Assembly (NCBI RefSeq): GCF_009914755.1
Contig: NC_060927.1
Source: the human T2T-CHM13v2.0 reference genome, Homo sapiens
Length of the DNA stretch: 64,000 nucleotides
Reading direction: 5' to 3' (one strand)
In this document: in pieces, positions 59,631 through 64,000 of the stretch
Layout of the letters: every line of letters begins with the position of its first letter
Position numbering within the stretch: position 1 is the first letter of the stretch
Notes under the pieces: model-generated
Told to the model about the DNA's origin: nothing
Databases searched by the model: none
What the model saw: the letters and a program-made list of their open reading frames with translations, nothing else
Position numbers and translations under genes: made by a program

Positions 59631-60354
59631 CAGGGTAAAATTAACAGAGTGTAAAATAGGTTGGCTAATTTATCCATAAGAGAAAGGGAGAGTGGATCAT
59701 CGATTTGAAAGTTATAACAAATGAGATAAATATGGAAATTATAATTTAAACTACAGTGAGGAAACAGATTCTAGAACCCATGGCCTGTGGCTATGATGGA
59801 CCACAATTAGGAGGATAGCAGCATAGATCTGAGAGGTAGACTGGGTTCACTGCCCTGAAGTAATTCTGTTGAACTGTGTGTGCTCACAGTGTTGCACCTC
59901 AGAAAGATCTTGTTCCTGCTAAAGAGAACAGCACTGGTTAGAAAAAAATGCACTGTACATCTTACAGCGTGTACAATGGGCATCTTCGCATTTTTATGAA
60001 GCTGATGATAGGGATGGCTTCAAGTGAGACATCAAGTGGAGATGGGTTTGTGATAGGCGGGATTTTACGAGTTTGGAAGGCAATTATCATTACAGAATTC
60101 TACAAACGTAACAAAGAATCCATTACTTTTTGTCCCGTCTGAACATTTAACAGCTCTAACATTTTTGCAATTATAGCAAGGCCTTATCATGACTCTTATG
60201 TCCTGGCTATTTACCAAGGCTCCAACTTCATCCAAGGTCACTTTCTGCCTTTCCTACGGCACTGTGGCTACCCTGGTCTTGTTTTAGTTCTTCTTTACTC
60301 CAAGCTGTTTTCCTAAATCTAGTCTCACATTTTTCCTCAGATAAAAACACCAAT

Positions 60355-60490
60355 TTCCTTCCTTTTCTTTCCTTTCCTTTCCTTTCCTTTCCCCTTCGTT
60401 CCTCCCTCCCTTCCTTCCTTCCTTCTTCCTCTCTTTCTCTCCTTTTCTTTTTTTCCTGCTTTCTTTCTTTTTTGCTCTCTTTCTTTCCCC
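60355..60490 (+). repeat. CT-rich polypyrimidine tract
   Basis: (TTTCC)n and (CTTC)n mixtures. Confidence 0.9.
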
Positions 60491-61379
60491 CTTACAATTA
60501 GTCCTTTCTCGCCTCCCGGTCTCACCCATCATGTCACCTCCCTGCCTTCCTCATTGAAAATAGGTTTCCTCACCATACCCTCTGGTATTATCTTCCTCAA
60601 TATCCCTTTTTTTCCTAAGTACTATTTAAATGAGAGTTTATGAGAGGTTATATTTGCATATATTTATTGTGTATTTTTCATCTCTTTCTTTCATTAGAAT
60701 GTAGTTGCCATGAGAAGCAGAATTATAACCATTTGTTCAAGGTTGAATTATCAGTATATAGTAGAAATTGAATACTACTAATGATTTTTGGGGAAAAAAA
60801 ACACAACCATTGAATTGAACAGCTATAATGAGAACCAAGTCAATACAACATGCTACATCTCTGTGCTATTCTAGTGACCTCATAGGAGACCATGGCTACC
60901 TGGGAAGTGTAGTGCTAGCGAAAAAGCAAACCTTTATTTTCCCATTAGGTCAGGGAATAAAACACATTTGGAAAACAAAACAACTGAACTGCAACTAGAG
61001 AATGTTCTATTAACTACTAGAAAGTATAATAGAAGAAAGTTAGAAAGATTGATAATAATATAAAAGAGTGGAGGACATAAAAATAATTTCTTTTAGCAAA
61101 ATTAGCTTCATGGAAAGAACTTTACTCCTCTTGGATTTTTCTGGAATTAATCTGTAATTCTTACTTACATCAAATAGGATATAACTGACTCAGGGTTATG
61201 TATCTTTTAGGAAACATCCATGTCTGATTAGCATGAAGGTTATGAGGAGAACGTGATCACAGCCAAGGTAGTCTTCTCAAAAAGGTGAGTCTTCACAGAT
61301 TCTAAGTTTGTTTTAAATTCACTGCTACATTTCTCTGACAATATTATGTAAGAGCATTTTTTTAAAAAAACAATGATCA

Positions 61380-62310
61380 TGTGATCTCATTATTCAATTC
61401 CCACCTATGAGTGAGAATATGCAGTGTTTGGTTTTTTGTTCTTGTGATAGTTTACTGAGAATGATGATTTACAATTTCATCCATGTCCCTACAAAGGACA
61501 TGAACTCATCATTTTTTATGGCTGCATAGTATTCCATGGTGTATATGTGCCACATTTTCTTAATCCAGTCTATCATTGTTGGACATTTGGGTTGGTTCCA
61601 AGTCTTTGCTATTGTGAATAGTGCCGCAATAAACATACGTGTGCATGTGTCTTTATAGCAGCAAGATTTATAGTCCTTTGGGTATATACCCAGTAATGGG
61701 ATGGCTGGGTCAAATGGTATTTCTAGTTCTAGATCCCTGAGGAATCGCCACACTGACTTCCACAGTGGTTGAACTAGTTTACGGTCCCACCAACAGTGTA
61801 AAAGTGTTCCTATTTCTCCACATCCTCTCCAGCACCTGTTGTTTCCTGACTTTTTAATGATTGCCATTCTAACTGGTGTGAGATGGTATCTCATTGTGGT
61901 TTTGATTTGCATTTCTCTGATGGCCAGTGATGATGAGCATTTTTTCATGTGTTTTTTGGCTGCATAAATGTCTTCTTTTGAGAAGTGTCTGTTCATGTCC
62001 TTCACCCACTTTTTGATGGGGTTGTTTGTTTTTTTCTTGTAAATTTGTTTGAGTTCATTGTAGATTCTGGATATTAGCCCTTTGTTGAGATCACATGGAC
62101 ACAGGAAGGGGAATATCACACTCTGGGGACTGTGGTGGGGTGGGGGGAGGGGGGAGGGATAGCATTGGGAGATATACCTAATGCTAGATGACGAGTTAGT
62201 GGGTGCAGCGCACCAGCATGGCACATGTATACATATGTAACTAACCTGCACAATGTGCACATGTACCCTAAAACTTAAAGTACAATAAAAAACAGAAAAA
62301 AAAAAAAAAA
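61380..62310. mobile_element. L1PA2, 5'-truncated with 5' inversion (minus 61380-62085, plus 62086 to poly(A))
   Basis: Minus segment encodes the ORF2 C-terminus with the Cys-rich region. Plus segment has GATGACGAGTTAGT (GAG, not the L1HS ACA/ACG) and CTTAAAGT. TSD aaaaaaacaatgatca at 61364-61379 and ending at 62323. Confidence 0.95.
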
Positions 62311-62698
62311 AAAAACAATGATCAATTTAAGAAAAAAAAAAAAGCAATTTTGGGAGCTTGGACATGAAACATTCTATTCCTCTAATACCAGAATATGAGA
62401 AAACAATTTGCTTTCTTTGCTCTCAGATAATGAAAAAATATATTTGGGGAGAAAAAAGTAAAATGGGTTGTTTGGTACCATGATGATAGAACTGTTGATT
62501 TGCTAAATATTTGATTCTTTAAAATACGCCTTAGTGCTCTCAAAAAGGTGGAGTCTGGTTTATTAGGGACATGTTATGCATTTCACAAGAAAACAGAACT
62601 CTTCCAATAAAACGTCTCCTGAGATCAGATGTCATTGTTCTTATTAAATGTACTGGCCCAATGTATCAGCCGTGAGCTTTAAAAAATTAGAAAATGAA

Positions 62699-63030
<332 letters not shown>

Positions 63031-64000
63031 TTAGAGAGTTTCTATTTGTCAGAACTGCCCATAGATCATTTTAATAGGTAAAACCAAGGCAAGTACTACA
63101 CATATTTGTTCACTGCAATTTCTGCAGAATCAGTGGAATACATATTGCTTTCTCTATGAAGAGACAAACATGGTTTTCCTCTCCAATACCTTCATTTCCT
63201 TTTCTTAGTTTTCATATTTGAATGAGTGTGTATGTGTATGTGTAAAAAAATGATGTATACACTCCCACTCATATTGGAAAGAATAGAATACAGATTCCTT
63301 ATTTCTCCATAAACGAATCTCAGAAAAACTTAAATTTCCTATAAACTCATTGTAGGGGAGAATGGATTTGTAGGAACCCATCTCAAAGGGTGTCCCATCA
63401 TTCCCCTTCCCAATGCAGGTCTACTTTAGGTGCGTAGAGATACCTATCTATCTCCATTGATTTGGGAAAATGGCCCCCAGTCTACCTGCTCTGCTCTTGC
63501 TTGGTTCAGATAAATTCCAGAAGAGTAATGGCTCAGCTGAACTCTGAGCTGTGGTTTCACATCTTGCCTTATATGTTGCTGAATCTTGAGGCTCGTGGAC
63601 TTATCACTCATGGACTATTCATAGTATAGCGGTTCTCTTTCCCCAGTAACTTGACTCCATTGTTACTTCAGAACTTCTCAGTCTCAGAAATGCCACCCTT
63701 CAGGCCCTAACATAGACCATCCATGTTAAGGCATCCGTACCAACTCTACCTATTCCCTCACCATAATGGCTCCAGCCCCTCCACAAGTTTGGCCCTCATG
63801 CCTCAGCTCTTCCTCTGGAGGCATCTCAGTACTTCTGGACCCCTCTCCCACTCTGTGTAGGCTTGATGCCTCTCGTGACTACTCTCTTCTTAGACAAAGC
63901 AATCTGATCTCTCGCTCCCCAAATGCAAATGCCTGTTAGCAATTCCTTTTCAGAGGGAATAACTTTCAGGGTATTTAGCAGAAAAAATGCATCACAACAT

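Overview
Primate (human-like) AT-rich genomic DNA with no intact protein-coding gene, RNA gene or CRISPR array that I can support. The window opens inside a minus-strand young LINE-1 (L1PA2/L1PA3-type) whose 5' end is at 2703; ORF1 and ORF0 are disabled and the ORF2 endonuclease region runs off the left edge. Next is a processed pseudogene of MRPS36 (KGD4) at 4776-5953 on the minus strand, with its long 3' UTR, a short poly(A) and a perfect 15-bp target-site duplication (TSD). The rest is dense in interspersed repeats: about 16 Alus, MST LTRs, MER20/MER5A/MER58 DNA transposons, and old L1M/L1PB/L2 fragments. The most notable structures are a probable old L1 3'-transduction nested in a MER5A (7897-8950), a twin-primed 5'-inverted L1PA2 (61364-62323), a 59-bp genomic flank copied into the middle of an AluJ, and a 253-bp tandem duplication. 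There are also a tail-to-tail inverted Alu pair about 50 bp apart, a strong CTCF motif and an AP-1/RUNX/TEAD motif cluster. I see no convincing novel biological system. The best speculative unit is the L1 antisense promoter, followed by a junction splice donor and pointing antisense into the MRPS36 retrocopy. Repeat subfamily names come from recalled consensus sequences and need RepeatMasker/Dfam confirmation.
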